A stretch of 64,000 nt of DNA from Candidatus Daviesbacteria bacterium (GTDB lineage: Bacteria > Patescibacteriota > Microgenomatia > Daviesbacterales > UBA10151): positions 343,927 through 407,926 of the forward strand of contig JACPDA010000004.1 of the NCBI GenBank assembly GCA_016184225.1. The letters run 5' to 3'. Position 1 is the first letter of the stretch. The number at the start of each line of letters is the position of its first letter. Below the pieces are notes generated by a model that was given only the letters and a program-made list of their open reading frames with translations, had not been told where the DNA came from and did not search any database. A program made the position numbers and the translations under genes. This document shows positions 1 through 7,570 of this stretch, piece after piece.

Positions 1-543
1 TAAAATCTCGTCTGTATCCGAGAATAGATGGATGACTTGATCTATTGATTTTCCCTGGACCTCTGTCTGGTTATAACCAGTTAACTGTTCCGAAGCTTTG
101 TTTAAAAATATAATATTTTTGTTAAAATCCAGCGCGATAATGCCGTCTATAATTGAGGAGAGAATTTCATCGAATTTATTCTTTTCTGCAATGGCAATAG
201 CCCGCTCGCTCTCCATGCTTTGGATAGTTTTGGAGAGTTTTTCTGCCATTAGGTTAAAAGAGTTACCTGCCTCTTCAAATTCGTCGCCCGACCTAATATC
301 TATCCGATGGTTAAGATTACCATCCGAGAAGGTCTTAGTGCTCTCAATCAGATTTCCAAGCGGTCTTAAGACCCAGAGTAAGATTGCTATAGAACAGGAT
401 GCGCTGACTGCAGCCACAAGCAGGATAAAAAGGGGAGTCAGATGAATAAATAACCCAAGGATGAAAGGGGAGAATGTTGAAAAAATAACAACAAAGGCTA
501 TTTTTAAGTGAAGAGTTTTTTTATGCTTAGCCTCTTGTTGCAT
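1..543 (-). CDS. Sensor histidine kinase, N-terminal part only (TM, HAMP, PAS); runs off the window edge
   Basis: Translating the minus strand from the ATG at 543 gives MQQEAKHKKTLHLKIAFVVIFSTFSPFILGLFIHLTPLFILLVAAVSASCSIAILLWVLRPLGNLIESTKTFSDGNLNHRIDIRSGDEFEEAGNSFNLMAEKL, a hydrophobic span followed by a HAMP-like linker. A PAS-like stretch follows (IIDGIIALDFNKNIIFLNKASEQLTGYNQTEVQGKSIDQVIH). The ORF is absent from the supplied track because it has no stop inside the window. Confidence 0.6.
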   Translation of the reverse strand, partial: MQQEAKHKKTLHLKIAFVVIFSTFSPFILGLFIHLTPLFILLVAAVSASCSIAILLWVLRPLGNLIESTKTFSDGNLNHRIDIRSGDEFEEAGNSFNLMAEKLSKTIQSMESERAIAIAEKNKFDEILSSIIDGIIALDFNKNIIFLNKASEQLTGYNQTEVQGKSIDQVIHLFSDTDEIL

Positions 544-594
544 GGTATATCCAGCGTAACAGAAGCCAAATTTTTGGTCAACCCTATCTTTTAG

Positions 595-668
595 TGGCGC
601 GTAGGGGATTTGAACCCCTGATTTTCGGGATGAGAACCCGATGTCCTAGGCCACTAGACGAACGCGCC
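595..668 (-). tRNA. tRNA-Glu (anticodon CUC), 74 nt, CCA not encoded
   Basis: The minus-strand sequence GGCGCGTTCGTCTAGTGGCCTAGGACATCGGGTTCTCATCCCGAAAATCAGGGGTTCAAATCCCCTACGCGCCA folds as a cloverleaf by hand. It has a 7-bp acceptor stem (GGCGCGT/ACGCGCC), a D-stem GTCT/GGAC and an anticodon stem TCGGG/CCCGA with loop TTCTCAT (U33, CTC, A37). The T-stem is AGGGG/CCCCT with loop TTCAAAT. Confidence 0.8.
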
Positions 669-905
669 TTGTATTAATCTTTCAATCGCTGCTCTTTTCT
701 TCCAGCCTTTTATTTGTTTCTCTCTTTTGCGTGCCAATCTTAAATTGCTAAATTCTTCCTTATATACTAACTCCCAAGGACCCTTACTTCTAGTATATTT
801 ACTCAATCTTTTATTGTGTTCATCCAGCCGCCTAGCTACATTGCCCGTGCACCCTACATAGTAACGATTATTTTCCATAGACTTTACGATGTAAGTCCAA
901 TACAT
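654..905 (-). CDS. GIY-YIG nuclease-domain protein (UPF0213/YhbQ-like, 83 aa)
   Basis: The N-terminus YIVKSMENNRYYVGCTGNVARRLDEHN is the canonical GIY-x10-YVG...R...EHN motif block. The last codons (GGC GCG TTC GTC TAG) are nt 1-15 of the tRNA-Glu gene, so the stop codon lies inside the tRNA D-arm. Confidence 0.75.
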   Translation of the reverse strand: MYWTYIVKSMENNRYYVGCTGNVARRLDEHNKRLSKYTRSKGPWELVYKEEFSNLRLARKREKQIKGWKKRAAIERLIQGAFV

Positions 906-911
906 AGATTC

Positions 912-1013
912 TGTCCTAGGTCCCGATTCCGATCCTCGACAAAGTCGGGATCGAGAATCGAGGATGCTCGATACACGACAAAGTCGGTATCGGCACCACT
1001 AGACGAACGCGCC
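912..1013 (-). pseudogene. Truncated duplicate of the tRNA-Glu 5-prime end (nt 1-27) interrupted by a 75-nt palindromic insert
   Basis: Minus-strand 1013-996 equals tRNA nt 1-18 (GGCGCGTTCGTCTAGTGG). Positions 920-912 equal tRNA nt 19-27 (CCTAGGACA). Between them lies a 75-nt insert (921-995) containing CCGACTTTGTCG twice and an 8-bp inverted repeat ATCCTCGA/TCGAGGAT. Confidence 0.6.
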
Positions 1014-1066
1014 GTGCCTAAATTATATCACGCTGCACTCTTGTGAGATATATTACTGAATAGTGT

Positions 1067-1096
1067 TTGACAATGAAGCAGAATTCAGGGTAGAAT
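1067..1096 (+). promoter_or_regulatory. Sigma70-like promoter for greA (-35 TTGACA, 18-nt spacer, -10 TAGAAT)
   Basis: TTGACA at 1067-1072 and TAGAAT at 1091-1096 sit 35 nt upstream of the greA ATG. An AGAAGG Shine-Dalgarno lies just before the start. Confidence 0.4.
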
Positions 1097-1131
1097 TTGC
1101 TCAATTTGTTTGTCTGACAGAAGGTTATCTT

Positions 1132-1620
1132 ATGACTAAAATTACTGGAAACCCGAAGCTTGAAAAAAATATATACCTTACTGCTAAGGGTTTGACTAAT
1201 GTTAAAGTAGAATTAGAGTTTTTAAAACATACCAAGAGATCTCAAATTGCCGAAACTATTCATCAAGCAAGGCAATACGGAGACTTGACTGAAAATTCCG
1301 AGTATGACGCTGCGCTGGAAGAGCAGGCGATGGCAGAAACCCGTATTTCGGAGCTGGAAAATATCCTCAAAAGCGCCAAGGTTATAACCAACCGACATAC
1401 GGAAGATTTTGTGGTGATCGGTTCAACTGTCAAAATAGATATGGATGACGGAATTGACGAATTTACCATTGTAGGAAGGGTGGAGGCAGATCCTTCCAAG
1501 AAAAGAATCTCAAATGAATCACCTTTAGGTTCTGCTTTGATTGGGGCAAAAAAAGGAGAAGTAGTTGATGTGGCCACCCCGATTGTCAGGTATAAGTGTA
1601 AAGTATTGGAAATAAAATGA
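1132..1620 (+). CDS. greA: Transcription elongation factor GreA
   Basis: The sequence runs MTKITGNPKLEKNIYLTAKGL...EFLK... with an N-terminal coiled coil and the conserved C-terminal FKBP-like block (GDLTENSEYDAAL...ISNESPLGSALIGAKKGEVVDV). The start was taken at the ATG at 1132 inside the longer ORF 1063-1620. Confidence 0.85.
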   Translation: MTKITGNPKLEKNIYLTAKGLTNVKVELEFLKHTKRSQIAETIHQARQYGDLTENSEYDAALEEQAMAETRISELENILKSAKVITNRHTEDFVVIGSTVKIDMDDGIDEFTIVGRVEADPSKKRISNESPLGSALIGAKKGEVVDVATPIVRYKCKVLEIK

Positions 1621-2912
1621 CTAAAAATATGCAAGAACCATTGATTGAATTTAATCCAAAACTGCCTAAACTTTCTAAAAGTGAAAGTAAAGTATTAAAA
1701 CTGCTGGTTGAAGCTGCGAAGTTAATTGTGCCTATTTATCTTGAGCAGGAAAAATTGGCTGATTCAGGAATAAATAGAAAAGAAATTGAAGAAGCGGCAA
1801 AAAAAGATCCTTCTTTCTTGTCACCGTATACAGTTATTGAAAAAGTTGATGGTAAACTAGTGGCTATTCCCTATCACGAAAACTATAAAGAGTTACTCAA
1901 GCCTATTGCTGAAAAATTAGAAGAAGCATCAAGACATACTGACAATAAGGAGTTTGGAAGAGCATTAAAGATTCAAGCAAAAGCACTGCTCATCGGTTCT
2001 TATGATGAGGCAACAATTGCTTGGTTAAAGATGAAACCATACATTTTAGATATTTCCATAGGACCTGTTGAGCACTTTGATGATGAGGTATTTTTTGGAA
2101 AAACTGCTTATCAAGCTTGGGTAGGCGTGATGGATAAGGAGGGAACAGAGAGATTGAATAATTACAAGAGTATTATCCTCAGTGCCAAAAAGGTGTCAGT
2201 TCCTACTGAGCGGGTGGATAATTATGATAAGGTTAAAGCTAAGGTTCTAGATGTGACTATATTTTCTGGACTCCTTGCCAAAACTAAGTTTGTTGGCGTC
2301 AACTTACCTTCAAATATTAGTATTGTGGAAAAAATTGGTTCTGAGGTTACTTTGTTTAATCAATCTAATAATCTAAGGATGAAAGAACAAATCATGCCGA
2401 CCTTTGAAAAAATTTTCCACCGAGAATTTAGACAGGGATTTGGTTTTGAGGATTTAAGGAGAGGAAACCTTCGCTATATTGCCATGCATGAATTGTCTCA
2501 TAGTTACTTGTACTACCGCCATGCTGAGGAAAATTTACAGGATCTATTTATGCCAATTTATGAATTGGCAGCCACCGTTTTAGGGTTTAGACTGGCCGGT
2601 ACCTTACTTTTGAAGGATAGAATCAATAATAAACAGTTGGAAGCAATGATTGTAGCATTTTTATGCAGGAATTTTTATCTGGCCGGACAGAACCAAATTA
2701 ATAAATTAATGGCCAACTATACTTTAGGAGGTACTATTTTTATTAACTTCTTACTAGAGTCTGACGCCTTAAAGGAGTTGAAAGGGATAGCTATACCTAA
2801 CTTTATGAAAGTCTTCATAGCTTTGCATGATTTATTCCGCATACTTGAACAGTTGCTTGCTAGCGGTACAAGACAAGAAGCTGCTGCGTTTGTTAAAAGA
2901 TACGGAAAATAA
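1617..2912 (+). CDS. Hypothetical protein with an HExxH motif (possible zinc metallopeptidase-like)
   Basis: A 431-aa ORF is ATGA-coupled to greA. It contains YIAMHELSHSY (HExxH) followed by IYELAAT ~30 aa downstream. No family was confidently recognised. Confidence 0.5.
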   Translation: MTKNMQEPLIEFNPKLPKLSKSESKVLKLLVEAAKLIVPIYLEQEKLADSGINRKEIEEAAKKDPSFLSPYTVIEKVDGKLVAIPYHENYKELLKPIAEKLEEASRHTDNKEFGRALKIQAKALLIGSYDEATIAWLKMKPYILDISIGPVEHFDDEVFFGKTAYQAWVGVMDKEGTERLNNYKSIILSAKKVSVPTERVDNYDKVKAKVLDVTIFSGLLAKTKFVGVNLPSNISIVEKIGSEVTLFNQSNNLRMKEQIMPTFEKIFHREFRQGFGFEDLRRGNLRYIAMHELSHSYLYYRHAEENLQDLFMPIYELAATVLGFRLAGTLLLKDRINNKQLEAMIVAFLCRNFYLAGQNQINKLMANYTLGGTIFINFLLESDALKELKGIAIPNFMKVFIALHDLFRILEQLLASGTRQEAAAFVKRYGK

Positions 2913-2937
2913 GGAACTTCCAGCTTGGTCTGTACTG

Positions 2938-2968
2938 TATTGTAAAACTCTTTACAATAGATTATAAT
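2938..2968 (+). promoter_or_regulatory. Promoter (-35 TTGTAA, 17 nt, -10 TATAAT) overlapped by a 9-bp inverted repeat; candidate operator
   Basis: The inverted repeat is TATTGTAAA(actc)TTTACAATA at 2938-2959. TTGTAA lies at 2940-2945 and TATAAT at 2963-2968. An AAGAGG Shine-Dalgarno follows, with the ATG at 2981. Confidence 0.35.
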
Positions 2969-2980
2969 AAGAGGCTGACT

Positions 2981-3919
2981 ATGGATATCGAAGCAGGAGG
3001 TTCAAGCATATTACAGGGGCGAACATTCCTAGAAACAATAAGGTGTCTTATTGGTTTAAAGAAAAGACCGGAAGAGTTGGTGCCAACAGACCCGTCACAA
3101 GTAGAGTTTAAGGGCCTGGTTCTTATTTCTCGCGATCCCCGGATGCCTTTTGGTGGTCGTCTTATCCATTTTCAGGGTCAGACTGAAGAGTATGAGGTGG
3201 AGCATTATATGGGAGATGCTTATAAATTAAGCAGACCACTTTTAACAGGAATAATTACTAATTTACATAGAGACATTTTTGATCTTGATCCTAGTGCAGC
3301 AAAAAAAGAGATAAAGCCAAAAATGGATGCCAGTGGCGCTAATGTTATGTTGTTTAGGCCGGTAGGCAAAGATGACTTCGTGGGGTTTGCTATCCTGCGT
3401 AGGATGAGCCTTGCCGGACATTGGGTTTTAAATATTGATGAAAGAGCGCTTCTAGAAGAACACCGAAGACACCACATAGGCAGGTTTGTAGTCGGTGAAG
3501 CAATCCGTTTTTATGATCAAGACAGGCATGAACCGATAGAGGTGGTGGCTCATAAAACACAAAGCGCAGCAGCAGTTCTATCAACAATAGAATCAGGAGA
3601 GATAGGGGGTGGACTGGCTCCGTTTCAAAGACGGTATACCGAAGATCCGGAATTGAGAAATGTACTGAGAGCATATTATTTAAGAACTAGAAGTAAATTT
3701 TCGATAGGGTTAGACCCGGCGGGCTCTGGAGTAAGTAGAGGAGAGTATGCAGAGGGAGCAAGCGCAGCTTATACACCAGATCCAAGTCATCATAAATTAA
3801 TGGAAATTCATAATTATATGGAAAAAGTATTAGGATTAAACAGACAAGAGGGAGATGCTGTTAACTGTTTAGGATGGACCAGAGCTTATATGAATACAAT
3901 ACGCGGTTCCACTACTTAA
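2981..3919 (+). CDS. Hypothetical protein (312 aa), compositionally GC-richer than its neighbours
   Basis: This is a long clean ORF with a promoter and Shine-Dalgarno upstream. No family was recognised. Hand counts of 60-nt stretches give ~43-55% GC, against ~27-35% in flanking genes. Confidence 0.5.
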   Translation: MDIEAGGSSILQGRTFLETIRCLIGLKKRPEELVPTDPSQVEFKGLVLISRDPRMPFGGRLIHFQGQTEEYEVEHYMGDAYKLSRPLLTGIITNLHRDIFDLDPSAAKKEIKPKMDASGANVMLFRPVGKDDFVGFAILRRMSLAGHWVLNIDERALLEEHRRHHIGRFVVGEAIRFYDQDRHEPIEVVAHKTQSAAAVLSTIESGEIGGGLAPFQRRYTEDPELRNVLRAYYLRTRSKFSIGLDPAGSGVSRGEYAEGASAAYTPDPSHHKLMEIHNYMEKVLGLNRQEGDAVNCLGWTRAYMNTIRGSTT

Positions 3920-3964
3920 TTAACTCTCCTTTTAAAAACTTTCAGCTTCAGTTATACTCTACTC

Positions 3965-5428
3965 ATGGCCTTGCAGGATTTACAAAAAGAGAGACTGAAG
4001 AAATTAAAAAATATTCAAAGACTGGGGATTAATCCCTACCCTTCCAAAAGTAATAGGAAACATACGACTCAAATTGCCCGGAAAATGATGGGCAAAAAGG
4101 TGGTAGTAGCAGGGAGAATCAGATCGCTTCGTAACATGGGCAAAATCACTTTTGCCGATCTTGAAGATGCTACCGGAAAAATCCAACTTTTCTTCTCGCA
4201 AGCGGAATTACCAGGTGAAAAATATGAATTTTTAACCAACTTTGATATTGGTGATTTTATAGAAACCTCCGGCGAGGTTTTCAAAACCCAAGCCGGGGAG
4301 ATATCTGTCAGAGTTTCGGATTTTAAATTACTTACTAAAAGTTTGAGACCCTTGCCTTCTTCTTGGTATGGATTGGAAGATGTTGAGGAGCGGTATAGGC
4401 AAAGGTATGTGGATTTGATTATTAATCCGGATGTCAAACGGGTCTTTGAAGTTCGGTCTAAAGTCATAAAGCTTTTAAGAAACTTCATGGAAGATAAAGA
4501 CTTTACGGAAGTGGAAACCCCCACCCTGCAGCCGATTTACGGAGGAGCTACTGCCAAGCCTTTTACTACCCACCATAATACTTTGGATATAAGATTGTAT
4601 CTTCGCATTTCTGATGAACTTTATTTAAAAAGACTGGTGGTAGGTGGATATGAGAAAGTTTTTGAAATCTGTAAGGATTTCCGCAATGAGGGAATAGACC
4701 GCCAGCATAACCCGGAGTTTACCATGATGGAATTTTACTGGGCTTATGCAGATTATGAAGATCTAATCAAATTAACAGAGGAGATGGTTTCAAAAATTGT
4801 GAAAGCAATTCACGGAAAATATACTTTTGAGTTTGAAGGACAAAAATTAGATTTTACACCGCCTTTTAAAAGAGCTTCATTTAATGATTCAGTTAAGCAA
4901 TACTCAGGCATTGATTTAGAGAATATTATTGCTGTAGATGATCTAAAAAGATCAATTAAAGAAAAAGGGATTAAGTTAGATTTAGACGGTATAGTAGGAT
5001 TTGGCCCAATCTCTGATGAACTTTATAAAACTACTGCTAGACAAAAAATTAAACAACCAACCTTTGTAATAGATCATCCTTATGAGATGAGACCCCTGGC
5101 CAAACGGAAAGAAGATAACCAAACAAAATCTGCCAGTTTTCAGCTTTTAGCCATGGGATATGAACTAGTTAATGCTTACAACGAATTAAATGATCCACAA
5201 GAACAGGAACGGCAATGGAAGTTCCAGATGAAACTTGCTAAGGAAGGTTTAGAAGAACATCAAGTTTTGGATGAAGATTATATCAGGGCATTGGAATATG
5301 GCATGCCTCCGACAGCAGGTTGGGGAATGGGGATTGACCGGTTTGTTTCACTTCTAACGAATAAGCATACCCTAAAAGATGTAATATTATTCCCGACTCT
5401 TCGCCCGGAAAAAAAGAGGATAAAGTAG
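3965..5428 (+). CDS. lysS: Lysyl-tRNA synthetase, class II
   Basis: An N-terminal OB anticodon-binding domain is present (KKVVVAGRIRSLRNMGKITFADLEDATGKIQLFF). The class II catalytic core includes FRNEGIDRQHNPEFTMMEFYWAY (motif 2 region) and GMGIDRFVSLLT (motif 3). Confidence 0.9.
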   Translation: MALQDLQKERLKKLKNIQRLGINPYPSKSNRKHTTQIARKMMGKKVVVAGRIRSLRNMGKITFADLEDATGKIQLFFSQAELPGEKYEFLTNFDIGDFIETSGEVFKTQAGEISVRVSDFKLLTKSLRPLPSSWYGLEDVEERYRQRYVDLIINPDVKRVFEVRSKVIKLLRNFMEDKDFTEVETPTLQPIYGGATAKPFTTHHNTLDIRLYLRISDELYLKRLVVGGYEKVFEICKDFRNEGIDRQHNPEFTMMEFYWAYADYEDLIKLTEEMVSKIVKAIHGKYTFEFEGQKLDFTPPFKRASFNDSVKQYSGIDLENIIAVDDLKRSIKEKGIKLDLDGIVGFGPISDELYKTTARQKIKQPTFVIDHPYEMRPLAKRKEDNQTKSASFQLLAMGYELVNAYNELNDPQEQERQWKFQMKLAKEGLEEHQVLDEDYIRALEYGMPPTAGWGMGIDRFVSLLTNKHTLKDVILFPTLRPEKKRIK

Positions 5429-5460
5429 TCACTATGATAGACTAGTGTATCATAACAAAC

Positions 5461-6051
5461 ATGAACACAGCCAATCTGAAAAAAATATTAAAAGTTTTTC
5501 TCACTCTGCAGTGGGCAAAGGAGCTCCCCAGGCAAGGTTTTATTGCTTTAGGTTTTAAAAGAAATGAGGCGGATTCGGTGGCAGCTCATTCTTTTGTGAC
5601 AGCGCTTCTAGCCTATTTTTTGGCCAAGCAGTTGCAAAAAGACGGAGCAAAAATTGACCCGGAAAAGGTTTTAAAGATGGGGCTTTTCCATGATGTCGGC
5701 GAAACAATAGTGGGGGATGTGGGAACTTTTGTTAAAGGTATGGCCGGAGGGGTATTTAAAAATATTGAAGAAGAAGGGGTGAAAGCTTTGGTAGAAGGAT
5801 TGGATTCAAAAGAGGAAATAATCAAATTGGTGGAAGAATACAATAGCAGACAGTCGCTGGAAGCCAGAGTAGTAAAGGCGGCTGATAATCTGGATGCCTT
5901 GGCTCAAGCCAAGGGTGTACCCGGAGCAGCCGATGCGTTAAAATATTTTAAGAGGGTTTATCACATTACTAAATTTGATTGGCATAAAAGGGCAGTTGAT
6001 CTGATACTTAGCGGGGAAGTGGAACCCGGAAGAGAATGGCAGAAGAAATAA
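5461..6051 (+). CDS. HD-domain phosphohydrolase (YfbR-like)
   Basis: HSF...H (AAHSFVTALLAYFLA) and GLFHDVGETIVGDV match the H...HD...D metal-binding signature of the HD superfamily. Confidence 0.7.
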   Translation: MNTANLKKILKVFLTLQWAKELPRQGFIALGFKRNEADSVAAHSFVTALLAYFLAKQLQKDGAKIDPEKVLKMGLFHDVGETIVGDVGTFVKGMAGGVFKNIEEEGVKALVEGLDSKEEIIKLVEEYNSRQSLEARVVKAADNLDALAQAKGVPGAADALKYFKRVYHITKFDWHKRAVDLILSGEVEPGREWQKK

Positions 6052-6052
6052 C

Positions 6053-7285
6053 ATGTTAGACATAAATTACATTAAAGAAAACTTGGAAAAAGTTAAGAAA
6101 TCAGTTGAGGCCAGAAAGGCTGATGTTGATTTGGATAAACTGTTAAAACTTAACGGGGAAAGAAAAGAATTGATTTCCCAAGTAGATACTCTTCGGGCAA
6201 AAAGAAATGAGGCAGCTAAAAATAGGGATAAGGGTTTAGGGGTTAGGGTAAAGGAAGAGCTTCAGGAATTAGAAAAAAGATTATCAGAGACAGAGAAACA
6301 ATATAATGATTTAATGCTGCAGATGCCGAATATTTTACTGGATGAGGTGCCGATCGGGGATGCCAGTGCAAATAAAATTATCAGGAAAGAAGGAGAGCCG
6401 CCTAAATTTTCCTTTAAACCTAAAGACCATATAGAACTGGGAAAACTCTTAAATATTATCGACTTTGATAGGGGAGTAAAGGTTGGAGGGTTCCGGGGGT
6501 ATTACTTAAAAAATGAAGGAGCCAGGTTACACTGGGCTGTTTTGAATTTCGCTTTTGACCATTTAACCCAAAAAGGCTTTCAAGCTATAGTTCCTCCGGT
6601 TATAAATAGAAGATTTGCCCTGTTGGGCGGCGGGCAATTTCCTTGGGGAGAAGAGAATACCTACAAAATAGATGATGAAGATTTTCTGGTTGGGACTGCA
6701 GAAATTCCTTTGATGGCTATGCATTCTGATGAAACTTTTGATCTTAAAGATTTACCCAAAAAATACGTCGGAATGTCAGCTTGTTTCCGGACAGAGATTG
6801 GTTCTTATGGGAAAGATACCAAGGGGCTCTATAGGGTACACGAGTTCTACAAAGTTGAACAGGTAATTTTATCTGAGGCGGATGAACAGGAGTCTTTAGG
6901 GTTTTTTGAAGATCTGCAGGATAATAGTGAGGATATTTTGCAGGAGATAGGTCTCCCCTATCAAGTGGTGGTTTTATCCTCTCAGGATATGGGTGAAAAA
7001 GCGGCAATGACTTATGATATAGAAACTTGGATGCCGGGAAGGGGTAGTTACGGTGAAACCCATTCCAATTCCATAGTTTTGGATTTTCAAACCAGAAGGT
7101 TGAAGATAAGGTATAAAGACAAAGATGGCGATGTGAGATTTTGCCATGCCCTAAATAACACTGCTATTGCCTCCCCCAGGATTTTAATTGCCATCTTGGA
7201 AAACTTTCAACAAGAAGATGGCTCAGTTAAAATCCCGGAAGTTTTGCAAAAATATACCGGCTTTTCTGAAATAAAGCCCAAATAG
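6053..7285 (+). CDS. serS: Seryl-tRNA synthetase
   Basis: An N-terminal long coiled-coil arm is present (MLDINYIKENLEKVKKSVEARKADVDLDKLLKLNGERKELISQVDTLRAKRNEAAK). The class II core includes FRTEIGSYGKDTKGLYRVHEFYKVEQ. The gene is ATGA-coupled to the upstream HD gene. Confidence 0.9.
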   Translation: MLDINYIKENLEKVKKSVEARKADVDLDKLLKLNGERKELISQVDTLRAKRNEAAKNRDKGLGVRVKEELQELEKRLSETEKQYNDLMLQMPNILLDEVPIGDASANKIIRKEGEPPKFSFKPKDHIELGKLLNIIDFDRGVKVGGFRGYYLKNEGARLHWAVLNFAFDHLTQKGFQAIVPPVINRRFALLGGGQFPWGEENTYKIDDEDFLVGTAEIPLMAMHSDETFDLKDLPKKYVGMSACFRTEIGSYGKDTKGLYRVHEFYKVEQVILSEADEQESLGFFEDLQDNSEDILQEIGLPYQVVVLSSQDMGEKAAMTYDIETWMPGRGSYGETHSNSIVLDFQTRRLKIRYKDKDGDVRFCHALNNTAIASPRILIAILENFQQEDGSVKIPEVLQKYTGFSEIKPK

Positions 7286-7288
7286 TTT

Positions 7289-7558
7289 ATGGCTACGATC
7301 CGAGATTTGGAGAGAGAAATTCAGAAGATTAAAGAGAGAAATCAAAGAGTAGAAGCAGATAAGGCTTGGGAAGTAAGTTGGAGTCGTAAAGTTGTGATAG
7401 CGGGTGTTACTTATGTAGCAATCGCGCTATTTTTACTAGTTACAAATTTTGAGAAGCCTTGGGAAAGTGCAATTGTTCCCGCCATAGGTTTTTTATTAGC
7501 AAATATGACAATTCCCCTATTTAAGAATTTATGGCGGCAATATATCTACAAGAAGTAA
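7289..7558 (+). CDS. Small membrane protein (coiled-coil N-terminus plus 2 TM), hypothetical
   Basis: This 89-aa ORF starts 4 nt after the serS stop. It has the hydrophobic spans VVIAGVTYVAIALFLLV and AIVPAIGFLLANMTIPLF. Confidence 0.4.
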   Translation: MATIRDLEREIQKIKERNQRVEADKAWEVSWSRKVVIAGVTYVAIALFLLVTNFEKPWESAIVPAIGFLLANMTIPLFKNLWRQYIYKK

Positions 7559-7570
7559 CAAGTTAGAACT

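Noticed and set aside
98-445. 115-aa plus-strand ORF at the start of the window
   Set aside because: It lies antisense inside the much better supported minus-strand sensor-kinase gene (HAMP and PAS motifs). It is low-complexity with no motifs, so it is treated as a spurious shadow ORF.
595-1013. Possibility that the tRNA-Glu gene contains a group I intron encoding the GIY-YIG protein
   Set aside because: The downstream copy (595-668) is a complete, uninterrupted 74-nt tRNA with all stems. The upstream piece is only a 27-nt 5-prime duplicate. The arrangement is therefore a duplication or insertion footprint, not a split tRNA.
816-1046. 76-aa plus-strand ORF covering the tRNA fragment and the GIY-YIG start
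   Set aside because: It overlaps the tRNA-derived sequence and the GIY-YIG gene on the other strand and has no recognisable features.
1263-1634. Antisense ORFs of 60-150 aa inside greA, lysS, secA, the GT-C genes and others (for example 3220-3477, 4069-4524, 8619-9017, 10855-11184, 12608-12904, 25600-26001, 30589-30867, 31047-31496, 45579-45884, 56863-57156)
   Set aside because: All lie opposite long genes with recognisable motifs and have biased low-complexity translations. They are typical shadow ORFs of an AT-rich genome.
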